Shown: in pieces, positions 48,914 through 59,543 of the stretch
How positions within the stretch are numbered: the stretch's first letter is position 1
How the letters are laid out: each line of letters starts with the position of its first letter
NCBI GenBank assembly: GCA_028288925.1
Contig: JAQGHG010000019.1
Location: forward strand, 72,047 to 136,046
Length of the DNA stretch: 64,000 nucleotides
Direction: 5' to 3'
Source of the DNA: Patescibacteria group bacterium
GTDB taxonomy: Bacteria > Patescibacteriota > Saccharimonadia > UBA4664
Position numbers and translations under genes: made by a program
Notes under the pieces: generated by a model
What the model saw: only the letters and a program-made list of their open reading frames with translations
Databases searched by the model: none
Told to the model about the DNA's origin: nothing

Positions 48914-49922
48914 TCACCCCGAAGTTCTTGCACACATCCTGGTCACTAAAGATCACGTAATCCAAGCCGCTAGCAGCCCCGTTCTTGTACGGCACCTTGT
49001 ACACCACCCGGCGGAATACATCGCCGGCTTTGGCAGTAATATCGATCGTCGCCGTGCCATCCGGCACATTCACCACCGTTCCGTTACCGTTCAGCCCCGA
49101 CATAAACGTCAGCCTATAATCCGTACCCGCATACCGGCTGCGCAGCCGCAGGATAAAGTTCCGCGTATTCGCGTCCATATTCGTAATAGTCAGCTTGCAG
49201 TGATACGAACCCGCTCCGGGGTTACACACCCCTCCCACGGGATTCGCGCCCGCTGCCCCTAGGCCAGCCGGCTTGATCGCGGCAAAGCTCACGGTCCCAG
49301 GGCCACTCGTACGAGGCACCACCAGAGCATTACGCAAGTTGATCGTACCGGCCGCGCTAGCACTAAACGATCCCCTCTGATAATCCACGATCGCCGCCTC
49401 TATCGCCGCCGCGTGATTCCAAGTGCCGCTCGTCGGAAAACCACCGGTGACATTAAAGAAGTTAGCCGCGTATCCACCGGACGGCCGCGGCGTGAGGTCC
49501 CATTCCAAAATCATGCTCCGGAAGGTAGCTGTCGTGCCCAGATCCACCTGCACAGCCTTGTCCGGTATCGGCAGACTCCCCGAGGGCGAACCCGAGTATG
49601 TAATCTGTTGGCAGGTCCAGCCCACCGAGTTGGGGTGAGTCGGATCTAGATCCAAGTTCTGGTAAGTGCTAGGCGCACCGGTACAAGTATGCCCGTTCAA
49701 CGTCCCAGCCGCCAAGTCCGAAAGCACCTTGTCCAGCCCGGCCTCCACACCCGATTGCGCCGCGTAGTACGCCCGCATCGACTGCTCAGAGTCGTTGGAT
49801 TGCCGCAGCTCACTGATCATGAGCGTTATCAGCCCAGTGGTAATAATCGCCAATAAAATACTAATAATAATCGTGGTCAACAGCGCCACCGCCCCCTGCT
49901 CTTCCCTCTGCCAGCGTCTCAT
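48864..49922 (-). CDS. PilX-like minor pilin
   Basis: QG/AVALL prepilin-like site, RAYYAAQSG. Confidence 0.85.
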   Translation of the reverse strand: MRRWQREEQGAVALLTTIIISILLAIITTGLITLMISELRQSNDSEQSMRAYYAAQSGVEAGLDKVLSDLAAGTLNGHTCTGAPSTYQNLDLDPTHPNSVGWTCQQITYSGSPSGSLPIPDKAVQVDLGTTATFRSMILEWDLTPRPSGGYAANFFNVTGGFPTSGTWNHAAAIEAAIVDYQRGSFSASAAGTINLRNALVVPRTSGPGTVSFAAIKPAGLGAAGANPVGGVCNPGAGSYHCKLTITNMDANTRNFILRLRSRYAGTDYRLTFMSGLNGNGTVVNVPDGTATIDITAKAGDVFRRVVYKVPYKNGAASGLDYVIFSDQDVCKNFGVINGLIDSTSTGCPYLP

Positions 49923-50503
49923 AATCCATCTCCTCCCCTTAAGCTAGCCGTACTCGACAAGGTCGTCACCGCGCAAAACTGCGAACCCGCTCCCGGCAAA
50001 CAGTGCGTTTGCGCCAAGTCCAGGGCATTAAGGTTGTTCCGCGAAGCCAACGTCAACGTCACCATCACCGTCCCAAGCCCCGTCTGCACCGGTGTGGTCG
50101 CGGCGGCCGCGAACTGCGTCACCTTCACCATCGGATCATTCAGCTTACGCCAGCCGACGCCAAACAACGGCACCGGGCAACTCCCCGGAGGACTAATTAG
50201 CATGCCCACCTGCAGATTGCCCGTGGCATCCACCGCGTATTCCAGCGTCTGACTGCCGCGCGTCAAACACAGCCGCTGCAAGGGAGCCGTAGCCACCACC
50301 GTCGCCGTCGCCGACTGGCGGATGTCCTTGCTCACGGCGTCGATCAGCAAGCGCGAATTCTGCTGCGTCGTCCGCGACGCGATACCTGCCTGGTGAATCC
50401 GCACCACCTGGATAAACCCAGCCGACACAATCATCATCATGAAGCTAAACACCGCCATCGCCATCAGCAATTCCACCATCGTAAAACCTTGCTCGCGTCT
50501 CAT
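49919..50503 (-). CDS. PilW-like minor pilin
   Basis: G/FTMVE N-methylation motif. Confidence 0.88.
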   Translation of the reverse strand: MRREQGFTMVELLMAMAVFSFMMMIVSAGFIQVVRIHQAGIASRTTQQNSRLLIDAVSKDIRQSATATVVATAPLQRLCLTRGSQTLEYAVDATGNLQVGMLISPPGSCPVPLFGVGWRKLNDPMVKVTQFAAAATTPVQTGLGTVMVTLTLASRNNLNALDLAQTHCLPGAGSQFCAVTTLSSTASLRGGDGL

Positions 50504-51048
50504 CGGCGCAACCTATCAAGATTCACCAACTGCAACCAGAGCGTATTCCTCAAATCCGGGCCACCACCCCGGGCCGGCACACCGTACACAATGGTAAAGT
50601 TGTAGCCGGTGCCCGTCACCAACGGCGCCGCCGAAATCCACATATAGCTCAATCCACCCGCCACCAGCGTGTCATTCCCGACGCCCGCTACCGGCACCCA
50701 TTGATCAGCGCCATTTACCGTCTGGCGCGCCATGTGAAAGCACGTCTGCAACCCCGCCTGAGACGCGTCACAATCGCCCGATCCATTTTGCACATTTATA
50801 CCCGGAATGCTGTTCACCGGCCGGCCCGCTACAAATTCGCTCCACTTGTAGCTATCCCGAAAGCTCTGCAACGCTTCGGCCTGCTGCTGTGCGTCCGAGG
50901 TCAGCTGACTGCGTTCCTTAGCATCCTGGCCCAACGAAAACGCCTTGTTGGCGGTCGTAAACGCTCCCGTCAACACCAATGCCAAGATCGCCAAGGCCAT
51001 CGTGACCTCTACCAGCGTATCGCCGCGTTCACTTCGCAACCATCTCAT
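50500..51048 (-). CDS. PilV-like minor pilin
   Basis: G/DTLVEV motif. Confidence 0.85.
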   Translation of the reverse strand: MRWLRSERGDTLVEVTMALAILALVLTGAFTTANKAFSLGQDAKERSQLTSDAQQQAEALQSFRDSYKWSEFVAGRPVNSIPGINVQNGSGDCDASQAGLQTCFHMARQTVNGADQWVPVAGVGNDTLVAGGLSYMWISAAPLVTGTGYNFTIVYGVPARGGGPDLRNTLWLQLVNLDRLRR

Positions 51049-51698
51049 GGGAATACCCTCGTTACGCCGTTATTCGCGGGATCGATCGTCAGATATGCCT
51101 TACGCGGCGGAGACGAAGGGTCCTGAAAGTTCAAACTCTTCGCTACACCGTTGGGCAGAAAGTCATCATAGCGGTACACATTGGCACTCAAGACAGTAAA
51201 ACCACCCGTGCCACTCACCGCCGTCTGAAGCGTACCGTCGGTCGCCGAACGCACAAACGCCACCTGTACCTTGCCGGCGTTTACCGCGCCCACCGGCGGC
51301 CCGGTAACCTGCCAGCTCTTGTACGTCAAACCCCAAGGAATCGTAAACGAAGTCGTCTCACCCGCCACCACAGTCACCTGCTGCGCCGACGCTGGCGCGG
51401 AATTATTAGCCGTGGAGAGCGTCTCTACCTGGACTATCCCCGACCCGACATTAAACGTCAGCAATTTTCCAAACGTCACGCGCGTAATATCGGACCCGCC
51501 CGAAAGCTTCACGGTCGTCAGAGCCTCGGTGCGCTTGGACAGCACCGTCTCCTTGAGCCGCTCCACCGAGTCGCTAAACTGAGCCTGTCCCCGCAAGCTC
51601 GAGAAACCCGTCAGCGCCGCCGCCGCCAGCGCCGCTGAGATCGCCATCACCATGATGACTTCGATCAGGGTAAATCCAGCTGTTCCGTGTTTAGACAT
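51045..51698 (-). CDS. FimU-like minor pilin
   Basis: G/FTLIEV motif. Confidence 0.85.
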   Translation of the reverse strand: MSKHGTAGFTLIEVIMVMAISAALAAAALTGFSSLRGQAQFSDSVERLKETVLSKRTEALTTVKLSGGSDITRVTFGKLLTFNVGSGIVQVETLSTANNSAPASAQQVTVVAGETTSFTIPWGLTYKSWQVTGPPVGAVNAGKVQVAFVRSATDGTLQTAVSGTGGFTVLSANVYRYDDFLPNGVAKSLNFQDPSSPPRKAYLTIDPANNGVTRVFP

Positions 51699-51743
51699 AA
51701 GTACTTTCAATATAGCACACGCATCGGCTCACGGCCGTCGCGC

Positions 51744-52532
51744 CTACAACCCATTGAGCCGCAAATACCATGCCACGATCTGTTGCCCAAACAAAAACGC
51801 CACCACCGTACTCCCTACCAGATAGGGGCCAAACGCCATCTGGTCCTTACGCTTCTTGCGATGCGATATTATCAAAATCACCGCTACCAGGGCCGCCACG
51901 TCAAACGCGATAAATAAAGCCACCAATAAGCCCTTGATGCCCAAAATCAGGCCCATCAAAAAGCCCAGTTTGATATCACCGCCGCCCATCCCGCGGCCCT
52001 TCGTAGCCGCCACCAGCACATAAAACGCCGTGCCCAAGCCCAGCGCCGCCAAGAGCGGCCCGCGCATCATCAGCGGATGGTGCGTCAGCACCGCCTGCGC
52101 CACCACATACACCAGCGCTAGCACGATAGCCGGCACCATCACCTTGTCCGGCAGCAACATCCAGCGCGCGTCATACACCGCCAACACGATCAGCATCGTC
52201 AATATCACCAGCCACAGTCCAAACAGTACCCCCGTCACCACGGTCACCGGCGCCAGCCACCAGGCGCTCAAGCCAAACAAGCCGGCTGTCACCAGCTCCA
52301 CGATCGGGCTGTCCTGAATCGGCGCTTTGCAATACCGGCACTTACCGCCCAAGGCCAGCCATGATACCACCGGCACCAAATCCTTCGCTGCCAGCTGGTG
52401 CTTGCACTCCGGACACATACTGCGGCCCTTCACCCAACTACGGCCCACGTACAGCCGCCACACGATCGCATTCACCGCCGAGCCAATCATCAGGCCCAGC
52501 AAACTTACCAAAATTACCGTCATCCAAAGCAT
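51744..52532 (-). CDS. pilD: Prepilin peptidase
   Basis: RSMCPEC, GKCRYC, MGGGDIKL, FGPYL. Confidence 0.95.
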   Translation of the reverse strand: MLWMTVILVSLLGLMIGSAVNAIVWRLYVGRSWVKGRSMCPECKHQLAAKDLVPVVSWLALGGKCRYCKAPIQDSPIVELVTAGLFGLSAWWLAPVTVVTGVLFGLWLVILTMLIVLAVYDARWMLLPDKVMVPAIVLALVYVVAQAVLTHHPLMMRGPLLAALGLGTAFYVLVAATKGRGMGGGDIKLGFLMGLILGIKGLLVALFIAFDVAALVAVILIISHRKKRKDQMAFGPYLVGSTVVAFLFGQQIVAWYLRLNGL

Positions 52533-52547
52533 AAGCAGATTATACAC

Positions 52548-52575
52548 AAAAACGGCCCCCGAAGGGGCCGTTTTT
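52548..52575. terminator. Terminator after the major pilin
   Basis: AAAAACGGCCCC-CGAA-GGGGCCGTTTTT. Confidence 0.85.
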
Positions 52576-52592
52576 ACAAAACCAGGCGGTGG

Positions 52593-53030
52593 TTATTGGT
52601 TAGTTCGACAAGCCTGACCACCCTGTTCAAGACCCACGCACACCGTGTACGTCCGAGCACCAGACAGAGTGTAGCTTAAACCACCAGGCGAACCCGTACC
52701 CGTCGTAAATGTCAGAGGGCCAGCAGGAGTCGCTGAACCATAAGCATCACCGGTCTGTGGGTCTAAGAAATTAGCCGCGGGAAGATAGGTTTGCAACGCG
52801 GCACCCGCGACTGCAGCGCTGGCCGGGTAGGTACCATTGGTATTAGAAGCATAGTTTTCTAATGCAGCCGCAATCCGGCCAATATCATTCTTCCGTTGCG
52901 TATCCCGCCGGCTCTTCTGCGCGCCTGACACAGCCAGGAATACGATTACCATCAAGAGCCCGGCAATCGCCAATACAAGTACAATTTCTATGAGCGTGAA
53001 GCCCTTTTCTTTTTTGAGGAGATTACTCAC
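52593..53030 (-). CDS. Probable major type IV pilin
   Basis: KG/FTLIE, RDTQRKND, C-terminal Cys pair; own SD and terminator. Confidence 0.88.
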   Translation of the reverse strand: MSNLLKKEKGFTLIEIVLVLAIAGLLMVIVFLAVSGAQKSRRDTQRKNDIGRIAAALENYASNTNGTYPASAAVAGAALQTYLPAANFLDPQTGDAYGSATPAGPLTFTTGTGSPGGLSYTLSGARTYTVCVGLEQGGQACRTNQ

Positions 53031-53118
53031 CGTCTATCTCACCTTTCATTAATTTGCTGCTAATAATGACAACTTACTTCTAATATTGCGCTTATGCTCC
53101 CCCGAAGTCAATCCGCAA

Positions 53119-54345
53119 CTACTTGAGGTTGTCGACCCCGCCCGAGCCCACCAGCGAGTATACCGGCAGCAAGATAGCCGCGATTACACCACCCACTACT
53201 ACGCCCATCACTACCATCAGCAACGGCTCGATCGTCGTCGAGAGGTTCTTCACCTCTTCATCCACTTCGTTTTCATAGTAACCGGCCACGCGGTCCAGCA
53301 TCGAGTCGATCGCGCCGGACTGCTCGCCGATCTTGACCATCTGCGGCACCAGCCGCAGGAACGTATCTTGGTTCTCCAGCGTAGACGAGAGTGCTTTGCC
53401 ACCCTTCACACTGCTCATCGAGTGCTCAATCGTCTTGGCCACATGCACGTTGTTGATCGAGTTCGTCACGATCCGCAGTGCCTCCAGCATCGGGATACCG
53501 CTCGCCAGTAGGGTCCCCAGGGTCCGGCTAAACCGCGCCATGTACACCTTGCGGAAAATCTTCCCAAACAACGGCACGTTCAGCTTGAAGCTATCAATCG
53601 CCGACCGTCCGCCCTCCGTCTTGAGCCACGCGCGGCCCGCCATAGTCAGCCCGCCCAACGCGATCGCCGTCAGCCACCAAAAGTGCAAAATAAAGTTCGA
53701 CGCGGCGATCATAATGGTGGTCAAAAATGGCAGGTCCTTGTGTAAGTCCTTGTACAGCGCGCCCACCTGCGGCAGCACCGTGGTAAGCATAAAGATCAGT
53801 ACACCGAAGATCACCAACAGCACGATCACCGGGTACACCATCGCGCCCCGGATCTTGGCCAAGATGGCCGCGTCCTTCTCCTGCTGGCTGGCGATCCGCT
53901 CCAACGCCTTGTCGAGCGAGCCGGAAGCCTCACCGGCCGCCACCAGCGACACGTAGATGTTGTTGAATACCTCCGGATGCGCCGCGAACGCCTGGCTCAG
54001 GCTCGTGCCGGATTCCACGGTCGTCACGATCGTCCCCACCACCGCCGCCAGATTCTTGTTGGTAATCTGCTCCTGCACCGTCCGCAGCGACTGGGTCAGC
54101 GGCAAGCCGGCGTTGATCAGAGTCGAGAGCTGCCGCGTAAAGATTACCCGGTCCTTGGCGCCTACGCCCTTACCTAGGCCGGATTTGGCCAGTAGCCCCG
54201 AAGATTCCTTGCTTTCGATCGAAATCGGAAACAAACCCTGGCTCATCAGCAACTTGGCCGCCGCCTGCTCATTCTCAGCCTGTACATCAGCCTTTACCGT
54301 CTCGCCGGAATCAGTCTTGTGCGCCGTGTAAGTAAAAGTCTGCAT
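53119..54345 (-). CDS. pilC: Type IV pilus platform protein
   Basis: FTRQLSTLINAGLPL, GEASG, GEQSG, IEPLL. Confidence 0.93.
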   Translation of the reverse strand: MQTFTYTAHKTDSGETVKADVQAENEQAAAKLLMSQGLFPISIESKESSGLLAKSGLGKGVGAKDRVIFTRQLSTLINAGLPLTQSLRTVQEQITNKNLAAVVGTIVTTVESGTSLSQAFAAHPEVFNNIYVSLVAAGEASGSLDKALERIASQQEKDAAILAKIRGAMVYPVIVLLVIFGVLIFMLTTVLPQVGALYKDLHKDLPFLTTIMIAASNFILHFWWLTAIALGGLTMAGRAWLKTEGGRSAIDSFKLNVPLFGKIFRKVYMARFSRTLGTLLASGIPMLEALRIVTNSINNVHVAKTIEHSMSSVKGGKALSSTLENQDTFLRLVPQMVKIGEQSGAIDSMLDRVAGYYENEVDEEVKNLSTTIEPLLMVVMGVVVGGVIAAILLPVYSLVGSGGVDNLK

Positions 54346-54348
54346 AAC

Positions 54349-55419
54349 CTACCCGCGCATTAAGCGCTCTAGCTCCTGCAAATCTACCGCGAAATTTTTG
54401 GCCTCATCGTATGTGATCTTACCGGCTTGGATCTCTTGCACCAACGTGCGGTCCATACTCTGCATGCCGTACTCGCCGCCGGTCTGGATGGCCGCGTCGA
54501 GCTGGTGTGTCTTACCCTCACGGATAATGTTGCGTACCGCCCCTGTAGCTACCAAGATCTCCGTCACTACCGCCCGGCCGCCGCCGATGGCCGGCACCAG
54601 CCGCTGGCTCACGATGCCCTGAAGCATACCCGCCAGCTGCACCCGGATCTGCTGCTGTTGGTGCGGCGGGAATACGTCGATCATGCGGTCGATACTCTGC
54701 GCCGCGCTGTTGGTGTGCAGCGTCGCCAGCACCAAGTGGCCCGTCTCCGCGATGGTCACGGCCGCCGCGATCGTCTCTAGGTCGCGCATCTCACCGATCA
54801 GCACCACGTCCGGGTCCTGCCGCAAGCTCGACCGCAGCGCCGCCGCGAACGAGTAGGTGTCGTAGTGAATCTCGCGCTGTACCACGATCGACTTCTTGGA
54901 ATTGTGCGCGTACTCGATGGGGTCTTCGATCGTCAGAATGTGGCAGGCCCGGTTGGTGTTGATCGAATCCACCATCGCCGCCAGCGTAGTGCTCTTACCC
55001 GAACCCGTCGGGCCCGTTACTAGTACCAAACCCCGTGGAAATTTGGTGAAATCAGTCAGGATCTTGGGCATCTTCAGCTCTTCCAACGTCCGAATCTGAG
55101 CTGGGATCAACCGCAGCGCCGCCGCCAAGTTCCCGCGTTCATGGAAGGCATTTACGCGAAACCGGCCATAATTTCCGAAAGCAAACGAGAAGTCGACTTC
55201 CTTGTCTTTCAACAAAATTTCTTTTTGGTCATCGTCTAGAATCGAGAACGTCAGCCGCTCCACATCCCCCGCGTCCAGCGGAGCCATATCTTCGATCGGC
55301 TTAAGCTTACCGTCCACCCGCAGCATCGGCGCCAATCCTACCTGGATATGCAGGTCCGAAGCATCAAACCGGATCACTTGCTCCAGCAGTAGCTCAATCT
55401 TTAACGCACTTTTTTCCAC
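54349..55419 (-). CDS. pilT: Type IV pilus retraction ATPase
   Basis: GPTGSGKSTT, EDPIE, LRQDPD, VRNIIRE, GMQSMD. Confidence 0.95.
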   Translation of the reverse strand: MEKSALKIELLLEQVIRFDASDLHIQVGLAPMLRVDGKLKPIEDMAPLDAGDVERLTFSILDDDQKEILLKDKEVDFSFAFGNYGRFRVNAFHERGNLAAALRLIPAQIRTLEELKMPKILTDFTKFPRGLVLVTGPTGSGKSTTLAAMVDSINTNRACHILTIEDPIEYAHNSKKSIVVQREIHYDTYSFAAALRSSLRQDPDVVLIGEMRDLETIAAAVTIAETGHLVLATLHTNSAAQSIDRMIDVFPPHQQQQIRVQLAGMLQGIVSQRLVPAIGGGRAVVTEILVATGAVRNIIREGKTHQLDAAIQTGGEYGMQSMDRTLVQEIQAGKITYDEAKNFAVDLQELERLMRG

Positions 55420-55496
55420 AAAATCACCTCAAGAGTTATCCCTATTAAAGCACAAGGGGTATGGGGATGTACACTGTATGTCCTTTTAATCCCGTG

Positions 55497-56210
55497 TCAT
55501 TTTCCATACCGCTCGGCGCTATAGGCCTCTCCGCGCTCGATCAAAGGCCAATACGGCGCGAAGCGCTCCTCCCAAAACCGGCGCCCAATAGCAAAGCCCA
55601 GACGTTCAAATTCACCCTCACGCGGTTTTTCGCCCTCAGCCAGCCGCCGCACATCAAACTGCGTCTGGTGGCAGGCCATAGCCGCGAAGCGCTTCCGCCG
55701 CACTTGGTCGTCGCTCGGATACCAAAGACCACCCTCGGCGGGGCCAAAAAGCTCCGCCACCAGCCCCCAAACCTCCACCGCCACGCCCGCATCAACCGCC
55801 GCCCAGGCGGCCTCATGAACCGCCTGGTGATCCGGGTGACCATCAAAGCCCTTCGGCCCGGCCGTAAAGATCCGGCCAATCGCATGCCGCTCCACAACCT
55901 GCCCGATCAGTTCGGCCAAAGCCGGCACATGCCCGGCCAGCTCGCCATCCGGAAACCGCGAAGCCGCCAAGCCGAAGCCGTCCGGATACAGCTGGCGCTC
56001 GCGCGGCAGGCCCAGCTCCCGCAATCCCCGCTCCGACTCCCGCCGCCGCAGCCCGGCCAAGCGCTCACCCGGAGTATAGCCCTTCACGGTGCCGGCCCCA
56101 CTATCGGTCACGATCAGCGCGAAACAGCCGGGCTCACCCAGCACCAGAGCCGGATGCATCCCTTCCGGATCATCACAGTGCGCACCGATAATCAGCGAGC
56201 GCATAGGCAC
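55497..56210 (-). CDS. PIG-L/LmbE-family deacetylase
   Basis: AHCDD, R.RES, GHPDH, CHQTQ. Confidence 0.85.
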   Translation of the reverse strand: MPMRSLIIGAHCDDPEGMHPALVLGEPGCFALIVTDSGAGTVKGYTPGERLAGLRRRESERGLRELGLPRERQLYPDGFGLAASRFPDGELAGHVPALAELIGQVVERHAIGRIFTAGPKGFDGHPDHQAVHEAAWAAVDAGVAVEVWGLVAELFGPAEGGLWYPSDDQVRRKRFAAMACHQTQFDVRRLAEGEKPREGEFERLGFAIGRRFWEERFAPYWPLIERGEAYSAERYGK

Positions 56211-56220
56211 TCCTTCGTTC

Positions 56221-57996
56221 CTAATAATCTGCCGCCACCCGCGCTACTTCTTCGAGCGTCGTGAAGCCATTGAGCACTTTTAGATAGCCGTCTTGCTTCA
56301 TCGTCAGCATGCCGTCGGCCGTCGCCTGGTTTTGGATTTCGCTCGTGGTAGCGTGCCGCAACAATAATTTCTCCATATGCTCGGTCATGGAAAATACTTC
56401 GTAAATCCCAATCCGGCCCTTATAGCCCTTCACGCATTTGCTGCAACCCTTGGCCACATAGATCGGAAACTCCGGCAGATCCGCCAAAGGTAGTTCCTCA
56501 TAGCCCAAATCCTTCTTGGCCTTCTCCATCTCTTCCTTGGCCTTCGGCAATACCGCTCCCAGCGTAGCAATGATCGACTTTGTCTCGCTCTCGCCGCTCT
56601 TGGCCTGCACCTTGCAGTGCTCGCAAAGCTTACGCACCAGCCGCTGGCCAATCACCGTGTTGATTGTACTAGCGATCAAAAACGGCTCGATGCCCATATC
56701 CAGCATACGCGGGAGCACCCCGGCCCCCGAGTTGGTGTGCAGCGTGCTCAGCACCACGTGTCCCGTCAGCGCCGCCTGGATAGCCAAATCCGCCGTCTCT
56801 TTGTCCCGGATCTCCCCTACCAGCACAATATTTGGGTCCTGCCGCAGTATACTGCGCAATCCGCTGGCAAACGTCAGCCCCACATCCGTGTTGATCTGAA
56901 TCTGATTAATCCCGTCCATCTTGTACTCTACGGGGTCTTCGAGCGTCACGATGTTTACCGACACATCCTTGAGCTCCTGCACGATCGCGTACAACGTGGT
57001 GCTCTTACCCGAGCCGGTCGGGCCGGTACTAAGCGTCATGCCGTGCGGCTTATGAATACCATCGGCGATCACCCGCAGCGACCGCCCCCGGAAGCCCAGC
57101 GCGTCCAGGGTGAGGATGCTCGAGTCCTTGTCCAGCAACCGGATCACCACCTGCTCACCCCACACCACGGGCGAGATCGCGATACGCAGGTCAATCTCGT
57201 TGTTCTCGGAGCTAATCTGAAACTGCCCGTCCTGCGGTACCCGGTGTTCATCAATCCGCAAGTTCGCCAAAATCTTAATGCGCGAAATCAGCGCCGGCTC
57301 AATACTCTTGGGCAGCGTCATAGTCTCCTGCAAGATGCCGTCGATCCGGTAGCGAATCTTCAGCTCCTTCTCGCGCGGCTCGATGTGAATATCGGAAGCG
57401 TGGCTCTGCGCCGCGTAGTCCAAAATCGCGTTCAATGCACGGGTAATCGGCGCGTCCTGCACCAAATTCTGCAAATCCTTGGGGCTCTTCGTCTCTGCCT
57501 GCGGATGATCGTCCACCCGCTCCACATCCATCGCGGCCGAGAGGTCCGCCGCCACATCGCTGCGAAACTCCGCCAAAATATGGTCGATCGACGCCCGCGA
57601 AGCCAAATACACCGTGACGGTATGCCCCATCTTGCGGCTCAAGAAGTCCACCGCCTGAATGTTCGTCGGGTCGAGCATGCCCACCGCCAACCGGCCCTGC
57701 TGCATACCGAACGGCACGGCCATATACGTCTCGGCCATCTCCCGCGGCAACATCCGGGTAATGTCTTCCGGCGCGCTAATCTGCGTCAAGTTTACATACG
57801 GGAAACCCATAGCCTTGGCCGAAATCCGCGTCAAATCCTCCTCGCCTACCAAGTTTTTCTCGGCGATATAGGCAATAAGAGGCTTCGACTCCTTTAAGGC
57901 GTCGACTTTTGCTACTTCCAGCTGAGCTTTATCGAGCAGCTTGTTAGTGAGCAGCAGTTCTTCAATTTTATGCTGACTCTCAACGGAGAGCATCAA
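56221..57996 (-). CDS. pilB: Type IV pilus assembly ATPase
   Basis: ASDIHIEP, PQDG, GPTGSGKSTT, LRQDP, two CxxC, GYKGRIG. Confidence 0.95.
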   Translation of the reverse strand: MMLSVESQHKIEELLLTNKLLDKAQLEVAKVDALKESKPLIAYIAEKNLVGEEDLTRISAKAMGFPYVNLTQISAPEDITRMLPREMAETYMAVPFGMQQGRLAVGMLDPTNIQAVDFLSRKMGHTVTVYLASRASIDHILAEFRSDVAADLSAAMDVERVDDHPQAETKSPKDLQNLVQDAPITRALNAILDYAAQSHASDIHIEPREKELKIRYRIDGILQETMTLPKSIEPALISRIKILANLRIDEHRVPQDGQFQISSENNEIDLRIAISPVVWGEQVVIRLLDKDSSILTLDALGFRGRSLRVIADGIHKPHGMTLSTGPTGSGKSTTLYAIVQELKDVSVNIVTLEDPVEYKMDGINQIQINTDVGLTFASGLRSILRQDPNIVLVGEIRDKETADLAIQAALTGHVVLSTLHTNSGAGVLPRMLDMGIEPFLIASTINTVIGQRLVRKLCEHCKVQAKSGESETKSIIATLGAVLPKAKEEMEKAKKDLGYEELPLADLPEFPIYVAKGCSKCVKGYKGRIGIYEVFSMTEHMEKLLLRHATTSEIQNQATADGMLTMKQDGYLKVLNGFTTLEEVARVAADY

Positions 57997-58070
57997 TCAC
58001 CTCCTCTGCGGAGCGGGAAGGAGCGAGCCCCGACGAAGCTATACACCGTCCGCTCATATCGTACCTCCCC

Positions 58071-58325
58071 TTATTGACCGAAGGGCGCGGGGTTATTCAA
58101 GCCGGTCGTCAGATCCAGCGACACCCCAAAATCCCGCACCTTACTACCGTCAGTTACCTTCGCCAGAGCAGCGCTATCAAAATTCTCACTTACCACGCCC
58201 ACCACTTCTACCTGGGGAATCGCCGCTTTCTTATTCTGCGGTACCAGCTGGGTGTAACCTAAATATCCCGCTACCAGCAAAATACCCACCGCCAGCAGCA
58301 TATACATGATGTCTTTGCTCTTCAT
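58071..58325 (-). CDS. Small pilus-associated membrane protein (PilP-like position)
   Basis: N-terminal TM, C-terminal PF motif, in pilMNO operon. Confidence 0.6.
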   Translation of the reverse strand: MKSKDIMYMLLAVGILLVAGYLGYTQLVPQNKKAAIPQVEVVGVVSENFDSAALAKVTDGSKVRDFGVSLDLTTGLNNPAPFGQ

Positions 58326-58969
58326 TATTTCACCGCCTCCATCCTAAACGGCACCGTCGCCTTGTCCTGGTAATACGTCGTGCCTTCGAACTGCACCGCC
58401 AAACTACCACCCGAACCGCTCAGCTGCAATGACGTCACCTTGACCGGTCGGGCCGACGCCTCCAGATTGGCGATCAGGCGCTGAAACGAGGCGAACGTGC
58501 CGTCAAATGCCGCGTTAAAGCTCGATGTCTGAGGCGTAGGCGCGACACCGCGCGTACTGGCCGCGACCGGAGCCGCGCCACCAGCTACCGGCACCGTAGT
58601 CGCCACAGCCGCACCCGAGCTCGGGGCGATCGACTTCAGCGTAATCCCCGATTCCGCGCTCAGATTCTCCATCATGGCTATCAAGCCCGGAAAATCCGGT
58701 TCGGTCGGAAGAGAGTCCGCGATCAACGCGTTCATCGTCCCCAGAGCCTTAAAGTTCTCCACCAGCTTGGGCGCCGCCACCAAATTCTTCTCCAACTGCG
58801 TACTAGCCTTATTCTTGGCCGTCAGAACCTTCCCATCGCGCACAATGCTACCAATCAGCATTTTGGCCCCCACTCCGGTCACGCCAAGCACCAAAAGCGT
58901 TATCAGCAGTATTACGATGAAATAATTATTGTTCGACAATTCCTGCCGGGCTTTAGTACTAGTTGCCAT
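58325..58969 (-). CDS. pilO: PilO-like protein
   Basis: TM, coiled coil, LP.EPD, F..LIANLE.S.R; operon position. Confidence 0.8.
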   Translation of the reverse strand: MATSTKARQELSNNNYFIVILLITLLVLGVTGVGAKMLIGSIVRDGKVLTAKNKASTQLEKNLVAAPKLVENFKALGTMNALIADSLPTEPDFPGLIAMMENLSAESGITLKSIAPSSGAAVATTVPVAGGAAPVAASTRGVAPTPQTSSFNAAFDGTFASFQRLIANLEASARPVKVTSLQLSGSGGSLAVQFEGTTYYQDKATVPFRMEAVK

Positions 58970-59543
58970 GGGTCACTCCCGCGTCAAGCGTCGCGTTCAA
59001 GGTAAAACTCACCTGATTATTACTCCGGCTCACAGATTGTAACGAAACATTGGTAAAGTAAGCCGCATTGGCCGTACTCGCTTGTTTGCCCAACGACACA
59101 TGGTTAGCTTCCAAGGCTCGGGCAAGCTTCGCTACCGCTTCATACGTCTTACCGGAGCCGTTAACCGTCAGCACATTTGAGGCGTCCATGGTGAGGCTCG
59201 TAAGCGTAATGTCGGCCGGATTAGACTCAGTGTAGACTTCAAAAAACTTAGTCAAATACGTGCGCTGGGCATACAAGGCCGGCAGCGCCGCCAGGTGCTC
59301 CTGCGCCGTCAAGGCGTCTACTAGCCCGGGAGTTGCTTCGAGCTTCGCCTCATTAGCCGTGATCTTCTTGGTCTGCGCGTCAATGATCAACTTCTGACTT
59401 CCCTCGTACAGGCCCATTAGCAATATCGCCGCGCCACACACCGACCAAATGGTCACCGCTATCCCGCCGGCTAGCTGACGCCGCCGCCGGTCGCGCAGCT
59501 TAACCTGCCGGGTATCGGGTAAAAGGTTGATCAAGACACTCAT
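58959..59543 (-). CDS. pilN: PilN-like protein
   Basis: INLLP motif then TM. Confidence 0.85.
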   Translation of the reverse strand: MSVLINLLPDTRQVKLRDRRRRQLAGGIAVTIWSVCGAAILLMGLYEGSQKLIIDAQTKKITANEAKLEATPGLVDALTAQEHLAALPALYAQRTYLTKFFEVYTESNPADITLTSLTMDASNVLTVNGSGKTYEAVAKLARALEANHVSLGKQASTANAAYFTNVSLQSVSRSNNQVSFTLNATLDAGVTHGN

